Sequence record: OP123707.1
Length of the DNA: 64,000 nt
Strand: one strand, 5' to 3'
The translations under genes and the position numbers were made by a program. Numbering within the stretch: position 1 is the first letter of the stretch; each line of letters begins with the position of its first letter. Positions 46,981 to 56,060 of the stretch are shown here, piece by piece. The notes beneath the pieces are model-generated. The model had not been told where the DNA came from, searched no databases, and was given only the letters and a program-made list of their open reading frames with translations.

Positions 46981-48304
46981 TAATTACCCCGTCTTGAACC
47001 ATCTGCCAGTACGTTGGGCACAAGTAGTTGACTTTACCGATACGTTTCGTAACATAAAGAATGCCATTACGTTCCAAACGTTTTACCCCCGCCGGTGGAA
47101 TACCATCTGGTTTCACGATTTCACCTGCCGCCAACAACCCTTCCATCTGACGAATGAAGTAGAACGTATCCAGTTCCAAACGACCATTGTCGTAATCGTC
47201 CGCGCTCAAGATTTGGTAATCTGGGTAGATCTCACGAATCTTGATCTTACCACCGTAGTTTTTCGTCTTCGCAACAAAGGCCACTAGGGTGTTATTGTAC
47301 ATGAACGGAACGGTCTGCAAAGATTTTATGAGATCTTGGCTATTAATGGTCGGACAGTACTTGGTAGGGAGTTCTAGCATTTGTTCAAAATCTCCGATAG
47401 GAGAAAAAGAACTGGCTGCTTTGGTTTCATTGATCATCCCCACCGTGTTCCAATAAGGGACACAAGTAAACTCGAGAGGGTTGAACAAGTCAGGCAAATG
47501 AGGTTCCCAGGTCGTCTCGTCGAAATTCGAGTTCTTCAGAATTTCTTCTTTGATGGTTTCGTACAATTGCTCATCAACGTCAGAGGCATTGCCGTAAATG
47601 ATTGCGGTGAAATAGATCGGTACCGTTTGACCATTCGTTGTGTCAATGAATTCGAATTTCACTGGTTTACGCGCAGTGTACGGGTACTTCTGGTCACCGG
47701 TTAAATCATTAATGCGCTCTTGAATGATGTCGGGTGTTTCTTTCATCAAACGCTCTTGGATTTCCAAGTGGTTGTGATTGATGAGGTAGTCCATGTCTTC
47801 AGGAGGGAGAGGTAACGCCACTAGGATTTCACGGAACGGATATTCAGCAGTGAAGTAACCCGTTGCATACCAAATACGGGCTGTGACGACGTCTTCTTCG
47901 GTGGTGAATTTCATTTCTACGAACGAAGGTAAGTAGATCGCTCCGTTGGTTACCATTTCACCAACGCTAACAATTTCTATATCTAACGTGAACGTAGCGC
48001 GGAGCTGCTGCAAACACGAGCTGGCATCGGCGGTGAGGTTTCCTCGTTTGCCTTGATCGAGCAACCAAACACTGATTTCGTTTTGGCGATCAATCATGGC
48101 TTGATCAATGAACACTTCCACTTCTTCGGAATCGCGGGAGTAGAAGTTGATTAAGATCGTTGTTCCATCTTTACTAGGGTAATGGTTAGGATCTTTACTA
48201 AAGGTGAGTTCCGACCCCGTTGGTTCGCCAATGGGAGACGTTACCAAAGGGTGTCGATCGTGTAGTTCCGGAATGCTTCCGAACGATAAGAAGTTAACAA
48301 GCAT
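46973..48304 (-). CDS. Probable virion structural protein (phiKZ core block)
   Basis: ATG 48304 (MLVNFLSF; SPIGE motif) with GTGGGA RBS; GATTCTATG late-like motif at 48380-48388. Confidence 0.6.
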   Translation of the reverse strand: MLVNFLSFGSIPELHDRHPLVTSPIGEPTGSELTFSKDPNHYPSKDGTTILINFYSRDSEEVEVFIDQAMIDRQNEISVWLLDQGKRGNLTADASSCLQQLRATFTLDIEIVSVGEMVTNGAIYLPSFVEMKFTTEEDVVTARIWYATGYFTAEYPFREILVALPLPPEDMDYLINHNHLEIQERLMKETPDIIQERINDLTGDQKYPYTARKPVKFEFIDTTNGQTVPIYFTAIIYGNASDVDEQLYETIKEEILKNSNFDETTWEPHLPDLFNPLEFTCVPYWNTVGMINETKAASSFSPIGDFEQMLELPTKYCPTINSQDLIKSLQTVPFMYNNTLVAFVAKTKNYGGKIKIREIYPDYQILSADDYDNGRLELDTFYFIRQMEGLLAAGEIVKPDGIPPAGVKRLERNGILYVTKRIGKVNYLCPTYWQMVQDGVINE

Positions 48305-48344
48305 AATAGTTTCCCACTTATAAAAACAATAAGGTGTGTTAGCG

Positions 48345-48767
48345 ATGTTTATAGTTCTAAGAGAACTGGCGGACCGTTTCATAGAATCCACGGTCCCTAA
48401 GGTTCAAGGAGAGACATACGAAGAGAAGATTCGGGTAGTTTTAAGGTGGACTATCTTTTACGCAACCATCATGACGTGGTTAGTCGTGGGCCTAGGCGTG
48501 CAGTACACTCATGCCATGTTGGGGAAGCAAGAATGGGAGGAGACCAGTGCGGTCATCCAACAAATTTTTGCAGTAGAAGATAACCCTTTAAAGTCATTCG
48601 TGACGATTAACCGGAGCCTAACGGCCCGCTTAGAAACCATTCAGGATGAGCACATAGCTACGTTAAAAGAGCGTGCCATTTTAATCAGAGATATCGAAAG
48701 GTTGTCCCAAGATAACTTAGAGCTGAAACGGTTCATAGAGACCGGTCAATGCACAAAGAAGGATTGA
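48345..48767 (+). CDS. Single-TM protein with C-terminal coiled coil
   Basis: VLRWTIFYATIMTWLVVGLGV hydrophobic span; AAGGTG RBS. Confidence 0.6.
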   Translation: MFIVLRELADRFIESTVPKVQGETYEEKIRVVLRWTIFYATIMTWLVVGLGVQYTHAMLGKQEWEETSAVIQQIFAVEDNPLKSFVTINRSLTARLETIQDEHIATLKERAILIRDIERLSQDNLELKRFIETGQCTKKD

Positions 48768-48872
48768 TCGATTTACCGATTACTCGAGGTGTTCTCCTTT
48801 AGGGAGGGCACCTCAGTATTTTGTTACCTATCAGTCAATATATTGGTCATCAAAATAACTAGTGGTAAAACA

Positions 48873-50405
48873 ATGGCGACACTAAAAAGAAACATGGTAG
48901 TTTACATTGGCATGGGAACTACCACCTTCGCTGCTAAACGTAATAAGCCTGAGCATAAAGAGTTTTACACCGCACTGCATGCTTATACTTATGACCCGAC
49001 AGTAGAAGGAAAGAAACAGTTAAAGAAAAACGTCCCGGCGACAATGGGTTATTGGACATCCACCACGACCACAGCAGGCACCGTCGTTAACCAACAAGAT
49101 ATCCTCAGCGGGTATTCTTCCAGTTGTGCTACGGAGTGGGAAGCGTGGATTTCTCTATTAGAACAGTTGCGCATTTACATCGAGTCTGTAAAGAAAGAAA
49201 CTGTGATTGAGAAAAAAGAAGAAGTGGAGTACGACGTAGAATGGACTCGCATCCTCTTTATTCCTAATGACCCGTGGTTCTACCGTATCATGGAAATGAC
49301 GGCGGCACGCAACAACAAATGCCCTGATGGTATTTGGGACCGCATCAAAGCATTGCAAGAGTTCTTTAAGGATTACTTACCGACCTCGAATAGTGTGGAT
49401 GTGAAAGTCTCGTTAGCGAAAGGTGGGTTAGGTGCTAAACGCTTAGCGGAAGAGATGGGCTTAAGTGACGTCATGACTTTATGGGGCGACAAACCAGAGT
49501 GTTATCTGACCGCACAACCGTTAAAGCAATACGAAAACCCAGAAACCGGTTTACCTAAGATCATCAGTGGTAACCGTTGGTACTTCCGTACAGGAATGGG
49601 TACTGATTACTGGGAAGAAATCGAAGGCCACCGTCGTTACCAATTCGGTAAGGTGGAGAAAGGGAAACACTACTACGGGAAACTGACACCGGACGTGACC
49701 TACTCAGCTCTGTTTGTCAAAGAACCGATTTCCTACTTCGACCGTTTGTTCCGCTTTACGGAAGAACGCACAGAGAACCCACGTGAGCTGTTGTGTACCG
49801 GAAATATGCAGTACGTAACCAGTAAAGGTGTGGCGCGTTTGATTGACACGTACCCAGGGGTTCGAAAAGGGAAAGACTTGGTGGTGCCATTCGTGGTAGG
49901 TACTAAAGAAGACCCTACGTTGATTGAACTGATTGATCCACCGGGGTTGTCGTTCATGATTGTGGAATCCATGGACCGTATTGACTTAACGTTCCAGTGT
50001 TGGACCAACCGTGATGAAAATAACCGTTACGGGGACAAACAAGAGTACGTGGACATCACTGACATGTTCTATGTAAAAGAAGAGAACAAGAAAGGTGACG
50101 TGAAGCTGAAATTGAATCCAGCGTTCAAGCCTAACGAGATGGTCATGCGTTATACGGCACATCACCCTAATGCGAAGTGTCCGGTTCCGATCATGTTGAG
50201 TGTGGGTTACGATGTACCAGAACGCAACTGTTTTAACTCGGTAACCGACCCAGACGTAAAAGTGTGGCTGAACTTAGACTTCACCAATGATCGTTGTTTG
50301 ATCTATCGTACCATCATCGAGACCAAAGAGTGGACGTATGTGTTCACTTCGGCTTCGGCGAACGTGCGTGTGTTGAACAAGAAAGAATTGGGTGAAAGCA
50401 AATAA
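48873..50405 (+). CDS. phiKZ gp155-type long RNase H homologue with degenerate active site
   Basis: Family motifs recognised from recall: HAYTY, ATEWEA, LIDPPGL, VDITDMFY, YDVPERN. The canonical D-G, T-D-S and N-x-x-A-D acidic residues are missing. Confidence 0.6.
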   Translation: MATLKRNMVVYIGMGTTTFAAKRNKPEHKEFYTALHAYTYDPTVEGKKQLKKNVPATMGYWTSTTTTAGTVVNQQDILSGYSSSCATEWEAWISLLEQLRIYIESVKKETVIEKKEEVEYDVEWTRILFIPNDPWFYRIMEMTAARNNKCPDGIWDRIKALQEFFKDYLPTSNSVDVKVSLAKGGLGAKRLAEEMGLSDVMTLWGDKPECYLTAQPLKQYENPETGLPKIISGNRWYFRTGMGTDYWEEIEGHRRYQFGKVEKGKHYYGKLTPDVTYSALFVKEPISYFDRLFRFTEERTENPRELLCTGNMQYVTSKGVARLIDTYPGVRKGKDLVVPFVVGTKEDPTLIELIDPPGLSFMIVESMDRIDLTFQCWTNRDENNRYGDKQEYVDITDMFYVKEENKKGDVKLKLNPAFKPNEMVMRYTAHHPNAKCPVPIMLSVGYDVPERNCFNSVTDPDVKVWLNLDFTNDRCLIYRTIIETKEWTYVFTSASANVRVLNKKELGESK

Positions 50406-50457
50406 GACGGAGGTAGGGGATCCCCTACCTCATCTTTTTCGTTTCGTTATTTTTTTG

Positions 50458-51264
50458 CTAGTCGGCTAGGACATTGCATTGGTCTTGTAGGACCGAAGAC
50501 GTTTCATTCAACAGACCAACTAACGCGCCAGTCAGGTTCATGTAACGTTCAAAATCATCAAAGACGCGCTTAATGATCTCCACGTCAGATTCATTCAACA
50601 CAATGTCGTTAGAGATGATGCGCTGCAACACGAGTTCACCAAGTTCTGCATTCAACTTTAATTGACGGGCGATGATTTCAGCATCACGAGCTTTGATCAT
50701 GCTCACGTTGACGTTGAAGTCATTAATGGTCTTAAACATCACGTTAAACGACGGGTACAGTGTTTTAAGCGGTTGAGTGAGGTCTTTCTTGTTGTTACCT
50801 AAAGATTGAATGAACGACTCCACACGATCGATCTGAGCGCTTGTTGAGCTAATGGTATAACGGAACGTACCAGAGACTTTACCCTTAGCGGCAATCTCTT
50901 TCATCCAGTCGTAAAAACGACCCGAATCGGTTTTAAACGCATCCACCAAAGAAACCGCACCATAACACGATTTAATGTAGTCTTCCCATTTCATTTTTCG
51001 TGGGTCGAAATGAACAGGTACTGCTAACTGCTTTTTAGCCATATCGATGTAAGAAAGCGAAGCAGAACGACGTTGAGCAGCGTCGTATTTAACAACGTGC
51101 ACTGAACTAGACATTGAAGCGATCTTCTTATCCAGTTCCAGTGACAAATTGCTAAAGCGCATGCGGAAACCTTCAACTGGAGTGAGAAACTTAGGGATAC
51201 CAAACGCCTCGTTTCCAGTCACGTCTGATGGTTGTAGCAATAAATTCAAGTAATAATTTTCCAT
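50458..51264 (-). CDS. Probable virion structural protein (phiKZ gp153-like position)
   Basis: 268-aa helical protein between the RNase H-like and UvsX genes; late motif upstream. Confidence 0.55.
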   Translation of the reverse strand: MENYYLNLLLQPSDVTGNEAFGIPKFLTPVEGFRMRFSNLSLELDKKIASMSSSVHVVKYDAAQRRSASLSYIDMAKKQLAVPVHFDPRKMKWEDYIKSCYGAVSLVDAFKTDSGRFYDWMKEIAAKGKVSGTFRYTISSTSAQIDRVESFIQSLGNNKKDLTQPLKTLYPSFNVMFKTINDFNVNVSMIKARDAEIIARQLKLNAELGELVLQRIISNDIVLNESDVEIIKRVFDDFERYMNLTGALVGLLNETSSVLQDQCNVLAD

Positions 51265-51294
51265 GACTGTAATGCCTTAATATAGGTTAACTAA

Positions 51295-51303
51295 CATAAA
51301 ATT
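51295..51303 (-). promoter_or_regulatory. Putative late promoter AATTTTATG
   Basis: Minus-strand copy of the recurring motif, ~30 nt upstream of the 51264 start. Confidence 0.55.
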
Positions 51304-51318
51304 CATTTAGAGGTAAAT

Positions 51319-52755
51319 ATGTCAATTCCGAATTTCGGCTTCTTGAACAAAATCGAGTCTTCAGAATCAATTCAGATTGGTTTGAACATCTCCCCGATTT
51401 ACGACATCAACAACGGTCGTTTCTTTGTCGGTAAAGATGACCTCGCTTATTGTAACGGTGGTATGACGCCGAACAACGCTGTTACGGGTGGTTCAAACAC
51501 CCAGAAAACAGGTATGCTTATCTTAGCATGTTTAAGCTTCCTAGAACGCATCCCACAGGGCGTTATCATCTATGGTGATACTGAGGCTACTCTGGACATT
51601 GGTCGTCTGTCAGAAGCCGTAGACAAACGTTTTGGTGAAAACGGTTACTTCGAACGAGAAATTCTAAACAAACGTTTCATCTACCTAAGTTCTGCGGATG
51701 GTTACGACGGTACTCAACTACACAACATCATCAAAGACGCGTACACGGATTTCAAAGAAAATAAAAATGACCGTCAGCGTTACCTAGAAACCCCATTCTT
51801 TGATAAGAACAAAAAGTCGGTAGAGATTTACACTCCTATCGTGGTCATCACAGACTCCTTAGGTGAGCTTCGCTTTAACGAAGCATCGGTTAAGTTCCAA
51901 GAAGGTGATGTGGACGAAGGTGGTAAAAAGCGTACTCGTGATATGGAATTCGGTAACTTAAAACGTATCGTCTTCGAAGACGCTCACCACTTAGGTGGTA
52001 TCGCTGGTCTGAAACTGTGGTGGGTCGGTCAAATTTCTGACATGATCAACATGGACGGCAAACCGCAAGAAAAACAATCGACGTTCATTCGTCAAGGCAA
52101 AAAGATTGCGAAGTGTCCTAAAGCCATTCTTCAGTTACCAGCCCAAGGTTACGAAATCATTCGTGGCTCTGCGCTGAAGTCCGAACAACAATGGATGTAC
52201 CCGAACCCGCTTGGTCGTGACGTGGTGATCTCAGCGGATGCTCGTGAAAACCCAGACTTACTGCAATACTCTTACACCATGTTCCGTAACAAAGGTGGTC
52301 CGTCTGGTCTGAGTGGTACGTTCTTGGGCTCTCAGTCTGACGGTATCCAAGAAGGTCTGACAATGTATCATTCACTGAAGACCAACGGTTACTTTGCACT
52401 GGACGGTTCTAAAGTATCACACGAGTGTACATTCCTACCGGGTGTTAAAGTGGGTCGTACTACCGTACGTAAAGTGATTGCGGACAACCCTAAGTTTTAC
52501 CGCGCTCTAACTATCGCTTACCACATCATGAAAATGCAACGCGAGTGGTTGCGTCTACCAGAACAATACCGCATGACTCCAGAAGAAATCTACAAGGCGG
52601 TGAAGGACCGTGGTTTCGACTGGGACGAGTTGTTGGATTCTGTAGACTTCTGGCACTGTAATAAAGATATCGATAAACCGACCATCACGGCTTATCAAAT
52701 CTTCCGCTTGGCAACAGGCGAATCAACAGCGACAGGACGTCCTGCAAAAAAATAA
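51319..52755 (+). CDS. uvsX: RecA-like recombinase UvsX (phiKZ gp152-like)
   Basis: P-loop TGGSNTQKTG, YGDTE, Walker B VITDSL. Confidence 0.85.
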   Translation: MSIPNFGFLNKIESSESIQIGLNISPIYDINNGRFFVGKDDLAYCNGGMTPNNAVTGGSNTQKTGMLILACLSFLERIPQGVIIYGDTEATLDIGRLSEAVDKRFGENGYFEREILNKRFIYLSSADGYDGTQLHNIIKDAYTDFKENKNDRQRYLETPFFDKNKKSVEIYTPIVVITDSLGELRFNEASVKFQEGDVDEGGKKRTRDMEFGNLKRIVFEDAHHLGGIAGLKLWWVGQISDMINMDGKPQEKQSTFIRQGKKIAKCPKAILQLPAQGYEIIRGSALKSEQQWMYPNPLGRDVVISADARENPDLLQYSYTMFRNKGGPSGLSGTFLGSQSDGIQEGLTMYHSLKTNGYFALDGSKVSHECTFLPGVKVGRTTVRKVIADNPKFYRALTIAYHIMKMQREWLRLPEQYRMTPEEIYKAVKDRGFDWDELLDSVDFWHCNKDIDKPTITAYQIFRLATGESTATGRPAKK

Positions 52756-52819
52756 ATGACAAATATTATGGGGGTGTCTACGGACACCCTTTATTTTAAG
52801 CTTTGGAGATAAAAATAAA

Positions 52820-53188
52820 ATGTCAGTGAACACTAAGAACATCCTAGTAATATGTGATTCAGGCTTTGGTGGACTGTGTGCCGAACCGCTTAACTACTTA
52901 GAGCGTCTACGTACCATGGTGGGTACAAGAACCAATAACGATTACGAGCTTCATACCGTCAGCGGTAAATACGGGCTCAGTGAACTAGATCCGAACATTA
53001 ATACTCTGGACATCGAAGATCGCAATAAGACGTCTTTTGTCCAAACCATTGAAAACATGGTGGACCTCACGAGCGAACTTATCATCATCTCGGTAGTGGA
53101 TCACGATCCTCACATCGAAGCTTTGGCGGCTGCACTCAGTGAGCGTTGCATCACCATCCGTCGATACAAATATCAAAGGAAAGAGTAA
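52820..53188 (+). CDS. Hypothetical Rossmann-like small protein
   Basis: ILVICDSG N-terminal strand; position in the uvsX-vRNAP operon. Confidence 0.55.
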   Translation: MSVNTKNILVICDSGFGGLCAEPLNYLERLRTMVGTRTNNDYELHTVSGKYGLSELDPNINTLDIEDRNKTSFVQTIENMVDLTSELIIISVVDHDPHIEALAAALSERCITIRRYKYQRKE

Positions 53189-53883
53189 TGGCTGAAAAAA
53201 GAAACCGTAAAGCCGCGGAGAAGGTTTGGCTCGATCTCATGAAGGAGATCACAGAAGGTGGATACAACCACACCGTCTACAGTCAACTCTTTAAAGAAAT
53301 GAACGATGAACAGTTCGAAGAGTTCATCAACAAAATCGAAGCCGGTGGTCAGTTATCGGTTTGGGTTGATAACCACAATCCAAAAGAATACCCGGTTTAC
53401 GACAAATTGTTAGAGTCTTGTCGTAAGCGCGGATTGGTGATCGAACAACATTTGGTGTTTTATGATCAAGATACTGGATTGGAATACGAGACCCCGGAGA
53501 CCTTTGTGGTTGGTACAGCAGAAACTCGTAAGCAACGTCAGATGTGGGTGAAAAAATTTGGTGCGGCTAAAGATGACACGAAGATCGATGACTTAACCGG
53601 TCAGGTGTTCGGGGATTCTCGCGGTACTGGTATCTCTATTCCTGAAGTACGTGTGTTGAAAACCTTAGGGTTGGATTTAATGGCCCGAGAACTGTACGAC
53701 GTAAAAGGTGGTGACCTAGGTGCCTTAGACGAATACCGTCGTAGCATTCAGGAAACCGGTCAAGCTACCGTGCGTGGCTCGCTGCGTCGAGGTACGGGTG
53801 TGCGTTCATTGATGACCGCTGGGATCTTGATGCGTGGTCGTCACTTAGAAAACAACGTGGGGGAACGAGAACGTGAAGACTAA
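53188..53883 (+). CDS. Virion RNA polymerase beta subunit, C-terminal fragment (phiKZ gp149-like)
   Basis: IDDLTGQ..DSRGTGISIPE corresponds to the beta C-terminal T-x-Q..GQRFGEME region, with ELYDVKGGD; TAATG overlap start. Confidence 0.85.
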   Translation: MAEKRNRKAAEKVWLDLMKEITEGGYNHTVYSQLFKEMNDEQFEEFINKIEAGGQLSVWVDNHNPKEYPVYDKLLESCRKRGLVIEQHLVFYDQDTGLEYETPETFVVGTAETRKQRQMWVKKFGAAKDDTKIDDLTGQVFGDSRGTGISIPEVRVLKTLGLDLMARELYDVKGGDLGALDEYRRSIQETGQATVRGSLRRGTGVRSLMTAGILMRGRHLENNVGERERED

Positions 53884-54391
53884 ATTCCCTACCGTGGATA
53901 TGTGGTTGGACGTATGGACTCGAGAGCTGGCATTGCAAAAGTGGTCTGTCTCTAAGGAAACGGATCCTCAACACGCCATCTTTGGTTTGACGTCAGCCAT
54001 GCAACACCACCCATTGCTTTCTTTCGACGAAGAGTTCAAAACCCAAATCAACGTCATGGTGAACGAACAAGTCGCAGTGAGTGATAATGTGTCCGAATTA
54101 ATGGAACTTACGTTGCGCGTTGCTGCTAGTGTAGACATTGATCTGCTGAACCAAGAAACGGAAGAGTTAAGAAAGATCCTAGAACCTGACTTTAAGAGTC
54201 TGGGTATGGCGGAACTCAAAGACGTCTCTCCGTTGAAGCTGTTCGTTTATTTACATCGTGTTTACGCCGTAGAGATTTCTGCCCGCATCAAAGCTTACGA
54301 ACCGGCGATCCATAACCCGGTCTTAGGTTACCACCGTCCAATGGTGGAAGAGATGTTACTGGGCATGGCTAACCAAACGAAAGGAGAGTAA
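53873..54391 (+). CDS. Conserved hypothetical protein
   Basis: GTG start overlapping the vRNAP gene end. Confidence 0.6.
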   Translation: MKTKFPTVDMWLDVWTRELALQKWSVSKETDPQHAIFGLTSAMQHHPLLSFDEEFKTQINVMVNEQVAVSDNVSELMELTLRVAASVDIDLLNQETEELRKILEPDFKSLGMAELKDVSPLKLFVYLHRVYAVEISARIKAYEPAIHNPVLGYHRPMVEEMLLGMANQTKGE

Positions 54392-54392
54392 G

Positions 54393-55124
54393 ATGGCGTT
54401 TCGAGTCTTAACTGATTTAGATACGTTACTGGATACTCGTCAAGGGACTCTGGATGTATTACTGGAACCGAGTAAAGAAACCTTTGATAATGTGTACGCT
54501 GATACTTATTTTGATCGGGTACTGGATAAGTTCGACCGTCAACCTTTTGGCATCACTATGGCTCGCTATCGTGATGCTTTTGAGAGACGGGGCATTGATA
54601 CCATACTGAAATCCCGGCCTACTCGTTTACTGCGAAACCTCTTTAAGGTGGTAGTGGATGCGGAAGCATTAACTGGGAAACCGATTCGTGTGGAAGCCAT
54701 CGAGATCACAGTGTTAGTCGCACCTTATGATCTGGATGATGCGATTTTGGATGAGCTCCGAGTTATCTTAGAAGGGAACTTAGGGTACCGTTGTAAGATC
54801 ACCTTTGATCGTCGTCCTGCTAAAGAGGTGACGGGTTCTTTCGTTTCTGGGTTTACTCACGTTTTCATCTATCACTTGTTAGGGGAAGCGTACCCTGAGT
54901 TCACTAAGACGTTTGATGCTCGACCAAGTCCAGACACAAAGTTGTTCATTCCTGCGGTCTTTTTGAAAGAGCCGGATGAAACGGGGATCACCCCTACTGC
55001 TCAAATTCAACGTATTGGGTTATTGTGGGCGGTTCTGTGGACCGTGGTTCCGTTATCTTTAACGTTCTTCGATGCCATGACCAAACAAGAACGAGAAGCC
55101 ATGGAGAAGAAGCATGCAAAATAA
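54393..55124 (+). CDS. Conserved phiKZ-like hypothetical protein (HAD-like N-terminal DLDTLLDTR)
   Basis: AGGAG RBS; DxD-like motif. Confidence 0.6.
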   Translation: MAFRVLTDLDTLLDTRQGTLDVLLEPSKETFDNVYADTYFDRVLDKFDRQPFGITMARYRDAFERRGIDTILKSRPTRLLRNLFKVVVDAEALTGKPIRVEAIEITVLVAPYDLDDAILDELRVILEGNLGYRCKITFDRRPAKEVTGSFVSGFTHVFIYHLLGEAYPEFTKTFDARPSPDTKLFIPAVFLKEPDETGITPTAQIQRIGLLWAVLWTVVPLSLTFFDAMTKQEREAMEKKHAK

Positions 55125-55440
55125 ACCAAAACCACCCCCATCGTTTGCCCCGGCGTATTGCGCCATGTACCCAGAACTGGCAACCATTGCTCGTGAGAAC
55201 GGTTGGGGGTTGAGCATTTTGGGTAGCATGCAACGTGACTTTGATCTGGTTGCAATCCCGTGGACTGAAACTCCACATGACCCTGAAGTGGTCATCGATG
55301 GGTTCTGTGATTACTTTGCACTAGAACGTGTTGGGGAACCGGACGTGACTCACCATGGTCGTCAACGCTTCACATTGAGTGTAGGGTGGGGTGAATGTTT
55401 CTTAGACTTGTCGTTCATGCCTCGAGAAGAAACAGTATAA
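55114..55440 (+). CDS. Small putative nucleotidyltransferase-fold protein
   Basis: ILGSMQRDFDLVAIPW with GS and DxD, and a later FLDLS. Confidence 0.45.
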   Translation: MQNKPKPPPSFAPAYCAMYPELATIARENGWGLSILGSMQRDFDLVAIPWTETPHDPEVVIDGFCDYFALERVGEPDVTHHGRQRFTLSVGWGECFLDLSFMPREETV

Positions 55441-55496
55441 ATCATACCTATCCCTACTCCCGTCAAAAGGAGTAGGGATATTATGTTGTTTTCTGT

Positions 55497-55994
55497 TTAA
55501 ATTGGATTTCCATCGAAGTCTAGAGGAATCACACCTTGCACCAATTCATCTTCACGAATCTTAGGTTGATCGTCTAAGAGTTCTTCCAGTTCCGCATCCA
55601 TGTTGATGAGGAACGAGCCTTCGCCCCATGATGGTACAGGGAGCGTGTTGTTGTTCATTTGTTGCATGGCTTCAATCAATTGGTTAAAGCTGGCGCGGTT
55701 CTCTTCTTTATCTTTAGATCGTTCTGCTTCTTTACGATCATCACGAACCGATTTTTCTAACGCCCCCACCAAGGAGTTTAAAGCGTCTAACAGTTTCGGG
55801 TCATTAGGACGTTTTAAATATGCTGCCGTGGCATTATCGAGGATGAGTCCACGAAGTTGTTGAATCGTGCTAACTAAGTTACGTTGACTAGGATCTTCTT
55901 CGTCTTTCTTGTTAGCGTTAAAGAGTTGCTGGAGAATGCCTCGTACGGTTTGGTCGGAGGCGTCAGCATGATACGGTTTGAATTCTTCGGACAT
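55497..55994 (-). CDS. Conserved hypothetical protein
   Basis: 165-aa helical acidic ORF; convergent terminator at ~55449-55480. Confidence 0.65.
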   Translation of the reverse strand: MSEEFKPYHADASDQTVRGILQQLFNANKKDEEDPSQRNLVSTIQQLRGLILDNATAAYLKRPNDPKLLDALNSLVGALEKSVRDDRKEAERSKDKEENRASFNQLIEAMQQMNNNTLPVPSWGEGSFLINMDAELEELLDDQPKIREDELVQGVIPLDFDGNPI

Positions 55995-56006
55995 AAATTA
56001 TTTTAA

Positions 56007-56017
56007 ACCTATATTAT
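56007..56017 (+). promoter_or_regulatory. Putative early promoter ACCTATATTAT
   Basis: Motif variant upstream of 56061. Confidence 0.65.
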
Positions 56018-56060
56018 CTAGGTAGTAGCCTACCTTATTAAAAGAAAAAGGAGCAAATCC

